A stretch of 64,000 nucleotides of DNA from Cyanidioschyzon merolae (Eukaryota), in NCBI GenBank assembly GCA_000091205.1, contig AP006502.2; one strand, written 5' to 3'. Under the pieces are notes generated by a model. That model worked only from the letters and a program-made list of their open reading frames with translations, was not told where the DNA came from and did not search any database. Shown in pieces: positions 52,018 through 62,879 of the stretch (positions within the stretch are counted from its first letter, which is position 1; each line of letters starts with the position of its first letter). The translations under genes and the position numbers were made by a program.

Positions 52018-54948
52018 CTACGCCAAAATCTCTTTCCAAAGTTCGTGGATCGTAAGAAACTCACTTTCTATCCAGTGTTCGATTTCCATCATACACGGCA
52101 CCGCATAGGCGAGCGACTTGTTTGAGGAACGCTCACAGAGTGCCCGCGCATAACTACGAAGAGCCCGTAACGCCTCAGTGGGCGATACACTCCTCGAGGA
52201 CTGGGGAGTCTCCTTTGCACTGACTGATAAGTGATTTTGCCTCGATCTTTGAAACCGCTGAGGATCTATTCGGATAGGTCTACCGGCCTCAGGGGGCAGT
52301 GCATCACCAAAGTCCTCGACGCCTGCGGCCAGTTCGACGAGAATCGGCTTTCCCTGACGCTTCGCGCTCTGGCCAACAGCGTACGGAGGCAAGAGCGTGC
52401 CGATGCTCTGCGCAGGCTTCCTGAATGGCTCGTTTTCCGCAAATATGCCCCTGGAAAGCAAAGGCTCGGGCGCGAATCCGTCGGCATAAGGTTCGATTGC
52501 CAAGAACATGGGTAGCGCATAGCTGAACTCGGGCATATTCAGCAAAAGGAGCTGATCCACGAATTTGATAGCGCCAAGAGCAGCAATGGGTTCTCCCGTT
52601 GCACCACGTAATATGCGTAAGGTTTCTGACAAGAGTGTCGCCCGCGAGCCAAGCAGATGCTCGGGCGGAAAGCGCAGAAGCATGACACGAAGGAGCAGGA
52701 AACAGGCCGCGGACACCTTCGCGTCATTTTTGCGCCAGTCGGATTCAATTCTGCGCAGTAGAGACCGGCTTTGGGACGTAAATTCACCCACGCGACTATG
52801 AAAGAGGATGAAAGCGATGCGCCGCAGGGAGCGCGCTTCATCGGCGGATACGTCTCGCGCCTGGAACAGTGCCGCTGTGGTTACCGACTGGCTTTGGTTG
52901 CGGGTGCTGCTTTCACCGATGAGAGCGATCTGGAGCGAGTCACTATGTCGAAAAATTGCCCCCAGGCTTTGACCAAGCAGAAGCAGCATCATTCGATTCT
53001 TAAAGCGAAAAAAGGCGATGTCTTCAAACGCGGAAACGAGTCGCTCCTGCAAGTCCTTCACTCGCCATTGGGAGCGCCCACCAGATTCACTGGATTCAGT
53101 GACTTCATTTTCGAAATCATCCAACATGGACGGTTCTAAAAGTTTGTAGATGAGCAGAGCGGCCCTGGTTTTGTACGCGACCTGCAGGTCTCCCTCGAAA
53201 CAAGGTCTCCAGCCCGCTGCTACATCCGCATAAATTTGAATGTCACAGTCGTAGGCCATAGCGTCAAGTCCCCGACCTAAGCTGTGCAGCCTCGGGTCCA
53301 ATGCCGCCGTCAGCTCCCTGACGATTGCCGGCGGCGTGTTTTCGGGGTCTTCCGGCGATGGAGCCTTGAGAATGCGCAATGCTACATCGCTTATTGCACT
53401 GATGAGCTTCCTCCGCATTGTCTTGTCCTCGCGAAAGACGGCCTCGACGAGAGGAATCGCATACGCAGTCAGGAACTCCAACCCGAGGCTGGAAAACGCG
53501 AGTCGCACGCTGCGCTCATGTTGCGTCTGCTGGGGATCGCGGGCGCCCAGCGGTTGCCAGTCCTCACCGGCAATTCCGATGACGGTCTCAATTGCCGCGC
53601 GAATACGATCAAGAAAAGTTAGAGGATACTTGGCCCTCTCTGAAGAACAGCGATGCACGAAACTTTGCACTGCTTGCAGAAGCAGCAGCGGGCACACTGG
53701 CTCTCGGTAGTACCGAATCGTAGCATCCATGAGCATGGAGAATGCTGAGAGCATTTCATCCGCGGCCAAGTCACTGGGCTTGATGTGATCAATCCACAAC
53801 TGCAGCACGGTGAGCGCATGTCCATGAAGGTTCTGTAGGCGTTTCAAATTTTCAGCGCTAACGCCAGCGAGAAACACAGCGAGCACACGACGCTGCTCGC
53901 GACTCTGGAGCGCACTTTGCCTGTGCTCAGCTGCTAGCGCCTTCGAATTAGCCATGGGAGCGTTCGATGCCTTCCCGCTCGCCACCTCAGATAGCGCTAG
54001 TCCAGCACGAGGCAACGTTGATAGCGAAGGATCCGTAAGTATTGACTGGCTCGCTCCAGCGTTCCGGGACGATGCTTGTCCCTGTTGCGCTTGCTCAAGC
54101 GCAATCGCAGTCGTCAGCTTACTGATACAAGCGCAGAGAACAGCTGGAGGCACAGTATCGGATCCGGTGCTCAGCTTGATGATGCTTTCGAGAAAACCGA
54201 GCGAAGCTGACGTTGGAAGAACATTTCCTTCCGAAATATCCGCACTAGCGATACATAAAGCACAGCTATACGCGGTGAGGTGTTCCGCTAGAAAACTATT
54301 CACAAAGGACTTGCAGCGGCGGTAGAGCACGGGATTTGCACGGTAGGCGTCGGCAACGAGCTGTAATAAGCATGGCAACTTGTGTAGAAGGACATGCAAC
54401 GCGCTTTCGCTGGGCGCGTCACTGGTGGCAGGCCCCACGCTGGAATCGTCTGCAGAGAAGAAGCCGCTCAGGAGCCTCAGCGCAGTGGATGCCGTTGAAC
54501 GAACGGCACTAGCGTGTTTTCCAGCAGCTTTTGACGCGGCTGATCGATCCGACGCCTCGCTTGTTCCGTGGTCTCTTGGCATTTCGAGAGCTGCGTTTTT
54601 CAGAACCGACTTGGCAATGAGATCGAGGCTTGATAGCAGCAACTCTAGAGCGAGCGGCCCAGCCGTTTCCCCAGCGCTATCGTAAATATCACCCTCTGGC
54701 AGTTGCGCCTCTCTATTCTCTTCAACGGCATTTGCTATACATCGTCGTAGCGTTTCCAGCGTATCATCGAGAAACCTTGGCTCGGGGCACTCAGTAGTTC
54801 GGTAGTGTGTGACAAGAAGCGAGAGCCACTCTCGCAGCTCAGAGTCGGTGCAGCACTGCTCTAGGCTCTTCAGCGCGGGTTCCGCCAAAAGTAAAGAGAA
54901 TTCGTCTCTAGAGAAGGCGGCGTCCCGTTGATCCAGTTCCGAGTTCAT
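52018..54948 (-). CDS. Large (976 aa) predominantly alpha-helical (HEAT/ARM-like) protein, function unknown
   Basis: Uninterrupted 2.9-kb ORF with Leu/Ala-rich amphipathic repeats along its length. I recognise no diagnostic catalytic motif. It overlaps only spurious opposite-strand ORFs. Confidence 0.5.
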   Translation of the reverse strand: MNSELDQRDAAFSRDEFSLLLAEPALKSLEQCCTDSELREWLSLLVTHYRTTECPEPRFLDDTLETLRRCIANAVEENREAQLPEGDIYDSAGETAGPLALELLLSSLDLIAKSVLKNAALEMPRDHGTSEASDRSAASKAAGKHASAVRSTASTALRLLSGFFSADDSSVGPATSDAPSESALHVLLHKLPCLLQLVADAYRANPVLYRRCKSFVNSFLAEHLTAYSCALCIASADISEGNVLPTSASLGFLESIIKLSTGSDTVPPAVLCACISKLTTAIALEQAQQGQASSRNAGASQSILTDPSLSTLPRAGLALSEVASGKASNAPMANSKALAAEHRQSALQSREQRRVLAVFLAGVSAENLKRLQNLHGHALTVLQLWIDHIKPSDLAADEMLSAFSMLMDATIRYYREPVCPLLLLQAVQSFVHRCSSERAKYPLTFLDRIRAAIETVIGIAGEDWQPLGARDPQQTQHERSVRLAFSSLGLEFLTAYAIPLVEAVFREDKTMRRKLISAISDVALRILKAPSPEDPENTPPAIVRELTAALDPRLHSLGRGLDAMAYDCDIQIYADVAAGWRPCFEGDLQVAYKTRAALLIYKLLEPSMLDDFENEVTESSESGGRSQWRVKDLQERLVSAFEDIAFFRFKNRMMLLLLGQSLGAIFRHSDSLQIALIGESSTRNQSQSVTTAALFQARDVSADEARSLRRIAFILFHSRVGEFTSQSRSLLRRIESDWRKNDAKVSAACFLLLRVMLLRFPPEHLLGSRATLLSETLRILRGATGEPIAALGAIKFVDQLLLLNMPEFSYALPMFLAIEPYADGFAPEPLLSRGIFAENEPFRKPAQSIGTLLPPYAVGQSAKRQGKPILVELAAGVEDFGDALPPEAGRPIRIDPQRFQRSRQNHLSVSAKETPQSSRSVSPTEALRALRSYARALCERSSNKSLAYAVPCMMEIEHWIESEFLTIHELWKEILA

Positions 54949-56390
54949 GACAGTGGGACCGACGAGGAACTAGGTGGGCCTTTGTAACAGCAGCTGCAGC
55001 AGCCGCAGCAGCAGCACAACGGGTCGCATCCGAAAAACCTCTGTACAGCGGCTCGCATTTCAGCGTCTGAGAAAACGGGTGTTCTCGCCGAGGCTAGCCG
55101 CCTGCGGATCTCGAATTCGATGTTGCTTCGGCTGCTGACAAGCGCCAGCCTGCTGCCTCATTTCATCATGAGTTTTACGTTTCTAAAAATGGATAGCTTG
55201 CATTAGATTTTGCGTTGCTGTATAGAGGCCGTTCTACACAAGGATATCATGGAAGTTCTTTCCAATCGAGGGTAATTTGCGTTCGAACCTAATCATGTAG
55301 CTGACTCCGAGTACCCGCAGACCTGCATTGGAAGAAGCTGTGCAGGATCGAAAGCTGTAAAAGATACCTATGGACACGTCGACCTAGCTCTCTGCGCTCA
55401 GCGTGCGTCGAAGTAGATGCATACAGTCGGTCGCACGAAGCTGCTTCTTTTTCCAAGTGGGTAACGTGCACTAAACCACTGCGAGATTCACATGCAACTC
55501 TGAACTTGTCGCTCTGTTGCTGCTCTTCATTTTTCTCTTCCCAACTTTTTTAAATGGTCAACTTCGGCGTTTGAGGAGAAGCAGTAAGGACTTTCGGACT
55601 CATATGCAGTTTTCAAATGCTCTGTCGTCTTTTCAGAGTGATTTCAATGACGCCTTGTCGCTGGAATTCGTCACGACCTCTGAATCAAGATCATTCGCGA
55701 CACGCTGGAACAAGGGTACCTAAAATAACCCAAATCCTTATCGGATGCATATGCACAAGCCTTTCATCTTGTTGTTTCCCGAACAACAGCATGTTCAAAT
55801 CACAAAGTCTTCATGTGTGCGATTTTGCTTTTCCAACGCAAGTTATGGGCGAAGCAATTTTCGCAGAGGTAAAGCCTTTTTCGACCGACCACCACCTATT
55901 GACGTCAGCTTCCTCCTGCACACCTCAAGTCTGAGAGACTGCCCCATAAACCTGCATCGCGTCAGCTCCTCGGTTCTCTTCTTCAGCACTATATATCGTC
56001 GGATACTGAAGGTGACGTTGGAGTCTCGTTTCACGAACTCCTCGCATATATTGCCGCTTGTTGAATTCACCCATGCAAGGATTGCCAGAACACGAGTACT
56101 CAGTACCATTGACTGCTCTGTCAGCTCTCCGTACTTTTCTATCGCGCGAAGCGCTCCGCTGCCTTCTCTCTATCTCGATGTTCTGAAGTGTACACCGCAG
56201 CTCATCCCTTGGATTTCTTATTTCTTCAAATGGCGCGCTTCTTTATGCCGTTAGATGAGGAGCTAACCGGAGCGAGAAGGGCTTGCAGACGAAGGACGCA
56301 ATGTGGCCAGGTACCAATGTGTGCTGAACGCTGCAGCGACTCGCCCCGTTGAGCATTAAAAACGTCTCATAATAGAAAAAAACACTTTCT

Positions 56391-56950
56391 ATGGGGCTCA
56401 ACCACGGATTATATCGAGGAATGAAAAGCAGCTCTATTCTCCGATCGAATCAGCAAACATTCGAACGCAAGGGGAATGGTGAAATACCAAGCCGTACAAC
56501 CGGACGACGTCGTCAGACGTCAGGGGAAATTTCTTCAACGATTCGGTACAGTGTGTGCTGTTCTACGAGCCTTCTCTCTGAGCGAAACTGCGGCCGCCAA
56601 ATGAATCCACTGCAGCTCAAACAGTTGATGATGTCCTCGCTCTCATCAAGTTCGATCATACATACAGCTGGCTCCATCTCCGCGACTACCCATGTACGCC
56701 CCGACCATTTCGGCCAAAGAAAGTCGCATCGTCTGAAAAAGACAGAGCTACGTCTCTGTGCTTCGTGCCGATCGGGACGTTCCGGGAACGCTGTCGTTGC
56801 GAATTCGATACAAGACGGCTGTGCATGAACCAGGACTTTATCGCGACTGCATGCCAGTGCATTCAGGATCACACGAATTAGCTGGCGAGAAAAACAGATA
56901 GAGGTGATGGGTATCATCGTCGCTTTCCCCTTCCCTAAAGTAATCAACGG
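56391..56950 (-). mobile_element. Copy of the dispersed repeat family (homologue of the 12606-13134 ORF)
   Basis: ORF 56513-56947(-) '...SCIEFATTAFPERPDRHEAQRRSSVFF...CSCSGFIWRPQFRSERRLVEQHTLYRIVEEISPDV*' matches 12736-13134(+) '...SFTEIATTTFLEHRDRHEVQGRRVVF...CSRWSGFIMRPRIRSQTWLIQQLRPLYQIIEGFFPDV'. The opposite-strand ORFs 56391-56828(+) and 12606-12851(+) are also alike. AT-richer context. Confidence 0.4.
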
Positions 56951-57509
56951 GTCGTTTTTCTACCAGTGAACGCAAGCACACTTTGAGTATATCTGGTTTC
57001 GGTGCGGATCGCATGTACTTGCTTCTTTATTTCAGTGTTCCTCGTCCATCTGAATACTGTGGTGAACCGTACCTGAACGAGGAATGCAGTCCACCTTGCA
57101 CCGTTCAGTAAAGAATATATATCTAACATTCTATTCGTCTACGATCTATACAGCACATTGCTTCTACATCTCGACCTTCTGCTATACACATCAACATAGC
57201 ATACGAATACGCATAGCAGGAATGGAGCCTCATGGAGTCGCGCTGGTGAGCAGAGAGCGTCTCGAGCGTCCGCATGGGATGCGTTTCTGGATGGACAGAA
57301 TTCGAACGACCAAGAACGGCAGTGCAGTACAGTGCAGTTTGGGAATCCTCAGCTAGCCGACTTGGGGCTTGTGAACGTGTGTGAGCGGATGCGCATACGC
57401 ACCGCTCCATACATAAAAACGAACCTTCTTTGCCATATTCATGCTTCGTGGTCCGTATACTCTGCACTGCAGTGCACGGGTACCGAACAATATGCAACTC
57501 TAGTTCTGC

Positions 57510-60500
57510 TTGCACGCTGCCCTCATGGCTGATCGTGGTACCTCCGTCTCCTCGTTCGAGTCGGAGACATTTGGAGACAGCACGCTAAGAGGCAGCAGCG
57601 AACTCAATAATGGACAGGAACGAGGCACGCGCACACGTCGAAGCAGTGCACGTCACCGCAGTCGTTTGTCGAGTTTCTTTGCTCCACCACAGATTCGAAG
57701 CGATCCAAAGGAAGCCAAGTTCCTCCTTGAGACGCTATCCTCGAAGCAGGTAACTTGGCAAATTCTCAACATATGCAGTGCAATCGTGCTCTCCGTCACC
57801 TACACGCTAGCAATGAGTCTGTTTGCACGCCGTTTCGAAGCGGCACTCCCGGCACTCAACCTCGTTGACCGCGTCGTCGTGTACTGCTTTTGCGTGCTCC
57901 AGCTTACTTTCACGATCGTCTACTTTTTGCGTCTCTATCGGTATGGATGGATCCGTTGCACCTTCGAAATGCGCAGCTGCTTCCTACAAGGTCTATTTAT
58001 ATTCTTTACGATGAATATTATAGGCAATATTGCACGAACGATATCGGAAGCGAGCGGCACCACGATCGCCATTCTCTATGTCTCCGACCTGGTCTGGCAA
58101 TGGTTCTGGATATTTGGTTTTTATGGACACGCCATGGCTATTCTACGACTCTATCGTGATATGAAGGATCGCCACACGTTTCTAGAACGAAACCGCGTGG
58201 TATTTGGTCTCTGTTTGATCATCGCCGCCGTGGAGACAGCCATTTGCGGCTGGTCTCGAACGACGTTAGGACTCACCTGGCCGGGCATGTTGGTTCAGTT
58301 CGCTATGCGTGGACACCAACAACAAGCGGCCTACTCGCTTACGTTCGCGCTCGTGGTTACCATGCGCATTTTCCTCGATGGCTGGATTGCCATGGAGCTC
58401 TACCGCGCCTTCCGAGTGCTCCAGCAGCTGCCGTATACCTGTTGTCATCACAAACAAATGGGTGCTCGTTTCTACCGTGTCTTTACTGCGATATCCTATA
58501 TATTCCTGATTGCAAACGATACCATCGCAGTGGGCCTGGTACCATTACCAAGCGCGAACGCGTCCCTCGATGGCGTACCGTTGCGGTTGCTGGGTATTGC
58601 ACGATTCAATGGTGGTGCCTTCGCGATGCTCTTTACATGGTCGGTGCTCCTGCTCTATGTGCATTTACCTCCGACAGTGCTGGGTGTTTGGCTGCCCTGG
58701 ATCGTTGCGCTGGCTCCGGACCCAGCTGCATATCAAGAAAAGCGAGCCCCACAAAGGAGCGTTTCCTCCGAGTGGGAGTTGTCCGCGCACAGCGCCAGCC
58801 AGGCGGCACCGTGGCCAGCGGACGCACTGGATGCAGAGCGAGAGCTGCGCAAAGCAAACCTCTACTACCAGACTGAGCAGGAAGCACTGCGAAATGGAGA
58901 CAGCTGGCTCTCGCGCTCACTTGTCCTCGAGACGCATGTTTTGATCTTCAACATGGCGTACCTGTCCTATCGACCGTGGCATGACCCGCATATGTATGCA
59001 GAGATGTTCAATCATTATGGTGTGGGCGAAATGGACCCCCTGCAAGCACGAGTCGTGCGGCATATCTCCAGCGCCGTTACAGATGTACATGTGCTCGTCA
59101 TTGACTTGGCGGATAGGATTGTGGTGAGCTTTCGCGGTACCAAAAGCACCAGAAATTTACGCACAGATATGAATGTCCGACGGGTTCCTCTCGAGGAGCA
59201 CCTGCATGCACGTGAATGTCCGCAAATACAGGATACGTGGCGCTTGAGCGCCTGCAGCAAACACGGTCAACGCGGGTCGTTGCGGGAGTCACCGGCGAAA
59301 GCGACTGTCGACGGTACAACTCGAATGCCTCGTACGACGAATGCTGTAAGCACCACTGCCTTGGCTGCCGGGCGTAGCGGCACCTCGGCTGCGACTTGTT
59401 CGCAAATACCGCCCGCAACACATAGCAAGCGCGAAATAGATTCGACTAGGAAGCACCAGGCATCAGTGGAGGCCTTTGCCAAGGACGATTCGGATATAGA
59501 GCGCGGTCTTGATGATGCCCTGTCACAGGAACTCGGTGTGGATCCTGGAGGCCGTTTTGCACATCGTCGATGGTGGCAGTATATGCTGAGCGTACGCGGG
59601 ATCCGTTCCCTGCGCTTTGGTGATTTTCGCGCTCAGGCTGGTGACGATTTTTCGTATCTCATAGGGCGACGAGTGCCTACAATGGTGCACGATGGATTTT
59701 TGCACGCCTATTTATCCGTGCGTGAAGAGTTAATGGAGACGCTGAAACCGCTTGTTGCAAAGCCCTCGAGCACTGCACCAACTGCAGTGGATGCGGCTTG
59801 CGCGCCCTTGAGCAGCACCTGCGGCGATGCCACTTGTGGTGTCGCTACCAGCCTGGATAGGCGCGTGCAACCATCGAACCGCTTTCCCGAGGTGTCCAGT
59901 GCGGATATTCATGGCGGTTGTGAACACGGGCAGCAGCAACAGCAGCTGAGCTTAGCGGGTACAGAGACCGCAGCGCGGTGTCGAAGCGAAACTGCTACAG
60001 CAGCAGCAGCAGCAGCAGCAGCAGATGCGAGCGAAGCGCAACCGTGTAGTGCGATGAACTCCTTGGATAGTGCATCTTGCAACCACAAACCGGTGATCTT
60101 TTGAGGTCACTCTCTCGGCGGGGCTCTGGCAAGCATCGCTGCCCTCGATATGACGTGTTTTGAGAATTCACAGTCGTTGCGTCTGTCATCGGATCTGGTG
60201 ATGTGTGTGACTTTTGGGTCGCCTCGAGTCGGGAATCGCGCTTTCGCTGCAGCGTTCCAGCGACATGTGCCGTTTTCATTCCGATGGGCAGCGGTCGGCG
60301 ATATCGGGACGAAACTGCCTTTCTGGGGTTATGAGCATGTTCCGGTCAAGATGATGCTGGATCCGTTGTTGGGGAGCATTCTCATGGATCCCTCGATCAT
60401 CGAGGAGTCCATGGTAGCGTTCCGGAACGCTTTGGATGCGCACCTGCGACCCGCATATATCCAGGGGTTTGAGCGCTGGTGTCGGCGCTACCACCCCCGC

Positions 60501-60578
60501 TGGAATGTGCAGTTCTGGGATTTCCACGACGTGTTTGATGACCCCGCCCTAGGTGCTGCTTTGGAAAGCATCACATGA
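57510..60578 (+). CDS. Transmembrane class-3 (fungal-type/DAGL-like) lipase with an in-frame TGA at 60102-60104 splitting it into ORFs 57510-60104 and 60105/60150-60578
   Basis: N-terminal multi-TM region. Lipase_3 motifs in order: 'VLVIDLADRIVVSFRGT' (~59110-59145), 'VHDGFLHAYL' (~59686-59715), then '...NHKPVIF*GHSLGGALASIAAL' (TGA, then GHSLGG nucleophile elbow 60105-60122), 'VGDIGTKLP' (catalytic Asp region) and 'YEHVP' (catalytic His). Both ORFs share one reading frame. Large low-complexity inserts (polyA/polyQ, (CAG)9 at ~59998-60024) lie between the motifs. Confidence 0.7.
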
Positions 60579-61572
60579 TGAATGCATGACCTATGCAAGC
60601 GCATGGCTGCTGGAGCGTGCCACTTGTCCTCAAGGTCCGCTACGCTTCGCAAACGGGCGCAAGTGCGCTACCCACAGAAGCACACCAGCATCACGAAGGT
60701 GAGCAACGACATGTCGGGTACGCGAGGCACGCTTGAGCATCAGCCGAATGGTGTCTTGGATCACGCCCGGTGCGAGGTCGCTCAAATATGTGGCTCTCGC
60801 CACACGCTCCACCTCGACGACCTGCAAAAAAGTACACCTCTGCGAATCATGCTCCAGAGGTATGCATCAAAGGTTCCGCCCGATGTTCGTCGAATCGTCA
60901 TGCAGACTGGTCGGTGGATGAATGCAGCACCTTCATCGCCAAAGTGAAACGCGTTGACGTCCGAGTGGAGAGCGTGAACCGTCCCCGGTCGACTGGACGC
61001 GGAATCCGTCCGAATTCCCGGTAGCGAAATAGACGCGATCCGCCACTGGCTACCCTGAAAAGCGTCTCTGGCGGGTACTTCTGCGAAATCCAGAATGAGG
61101 CATGCTGCGCTCTGTCCACTAGTCTGCAGGTCTGGCTCTGACACTGCCGCATCGATGCTGGAGTTTAAGCTGCGCCCCAGTGATCGACGCATGCTGCGGT
61201 TGCTGAGATTGGTCTCTCGATAGTCAGTCGTAGTGCCTCAACCAGCGCCAATATTCCTGCTGAATTCATGCTTGTCGCGAGTACGCCTTTGAGCGCGTTT
61301 GCCGACAGAGGCCGGCGCCGTGGTGCTCGCAGCACAGCAAGCGATCATGTGCTCTTTGAGCAGCTACAGACAAGCACCACTTTTGCAGCGCATGGTACAC
61401 GCGATGGACGCGAGCGTAGCTTCCAACGATCCGCGATCTAGTCCTGAGGTATTCCGGCGGCGATAATCACCACCCAGTATCATGACTGAAACGCTGTAAA
61501 CGATGCATCATGCGATATCCACAGGGCCAGGGCACGGCGATGATTCAGCGGCAATCTCGCTCAAATGCTAGC

Positions 61573-62241
61573 TTACTGAGGATTCTCCAGGGTTTCGTTT
61601 TTGTTGGATGATCGTCGCCGATGATGTCGTCTTTTCTTTCTCACGGAAGACGCGTTCTTGGCCGCTGGGTGCACGTCATCCTCGTGCTCTGGCTCTAACG
61701 ACGACGACGACGACGAAACGGATGCAGACCTCCCGTGGTCGCGCTTTGCAGAGGCGCCATCCTGCGCTCCACCAGGTGCCCTCTTCTTCGAGCGCATGCG
61801 TTCGGGTTCAAGTCTCGCATCAGAGGTATCCAATGCCAGCATCAAACGCCGCTCGTCGCGTGTGCAGAGCTCCTCGCCAAGCCCTAGTTTCAAGAGCAAG
61901 AGTCGAAACCGACTTTCTGGGCGACGTAAGATACGTGACATCGACCGTGACTGCGAACCGAATACACCATCTGCAGTTGCCGCGTCTGCAAGCTCTTCCA
62001 GATGCTCCCAGGCAACGACCTGGCGGTATCCCGGAGTCTTGGATGCCTGGTCCACGATCTTCGCAACTTGCCTCACAAAAGGACTGCCTTCAGCCTGCAG
62101 TTCATGCTCGCCTTTCCGCCAGTAAGACATAGCGACTGATGCGACGCCAAATACTGAGTTGGGTGAGTCGACGCGTGCTGCCAGTTTGCTTTTGCTGTTC
62201 GAGATCGGCAAGGAATCGCCTGGCAACACGGTCCATGGCAT
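61573..62241 (-). CDS. Hypothetical protein (Ser/Arg/Lys-rich C-terminus); may continue from ORF 62102-62365(-) across a frame break
   Basis: 222-aa ORF with a poly-Ser and basic tail. The neighbouring same-strand ORF 62102-62365 overlaps it in another frame, so a frameshift, a short intron or a mis-call is possible. (ACG)6 at 61698-61716. Confidence 0.25.
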   Translation of the reverse strand: MPWTVLPGDSLPISNSKSKLAARVDSPNSVFGVASVAMSYWRKGEHELQAEGSPFVRQVAKIVDQASKTPGYRQVVAWEHLEELADAATADGVFGSQSRSMSRILRRPESRFRLLLLKLGLGEELCTRDERRLMLALDTSDARLEPERMRSKKRAPGGAQDGASAKRDHGRSASVSSSSSSLEPEHEDDVHPAAKNASSVRKKRRHHRRRSSNKNETLENPQ

Positions 62242-62879
62242 CGTCCGATTCTATTTCCCAGTCACAAGACTCGTTCTCTATGTCTTGCTCTAAAGATGTA
62301 AGCGACTTGTCGAGTACCTCAAGTGCCTTGGCTGCCAGCCCTGCACACTGCATCCCAAAACGCACTTGCTCCTCGGGTGTCAGTTTCGCTTGGACGAGTG
62401 CTCGCAGCTCTGCAGGTGATGCAAACGTGCTCAGATTACCGGCTTCCTTGGCTTTGCATCACCTTTTATGCAGCTTTCCTCTCTCTCGATGCCCGGGTTC
62501 AGCTTTGGCTGCCATGAGAGCTGCTGCGCGTGCCGTTGCAACAGAGATGCGAGCGTGGTGGTTAGGAGGAGGTCAGAAAACTGAAACAATCCATATGATG
62601 GTCTCTCCAAAGCGTCAAAGTCTTCAAGGCAGTAACCGGACTTGTCGCTTCCGCTGTCAATCAGCAGAAAAGCGCATAGCGTACGCCCCGTGCCGCACAG
62701 AGGAAGCAGCACGTTGGTTTCGAAGATCGATAGAAGACGTTTTTGATAAACAATTCGCCTCTGGAAACACCACCAAACGCCTTGCAAAAGAGAAACGCTG
62801 GAAAGCCAGTGTACAAGAGTGGCGTTTCTCACACCGTCCGTCGTAGACCGAATGTCTACCCATCGATGTACAGACGCCT

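Noticed and set aside
60102-60104. Selenocysteine (TGA) in the lipase
   Set aside because: The position aligns with a Thr/Ser/Val residue adjacent to the catalytic Ser. No selenoprotein family is known with Sec there, and I cannot see a SECIS-like element by eye. An error, a pseudogene or readthrough is more plausible.
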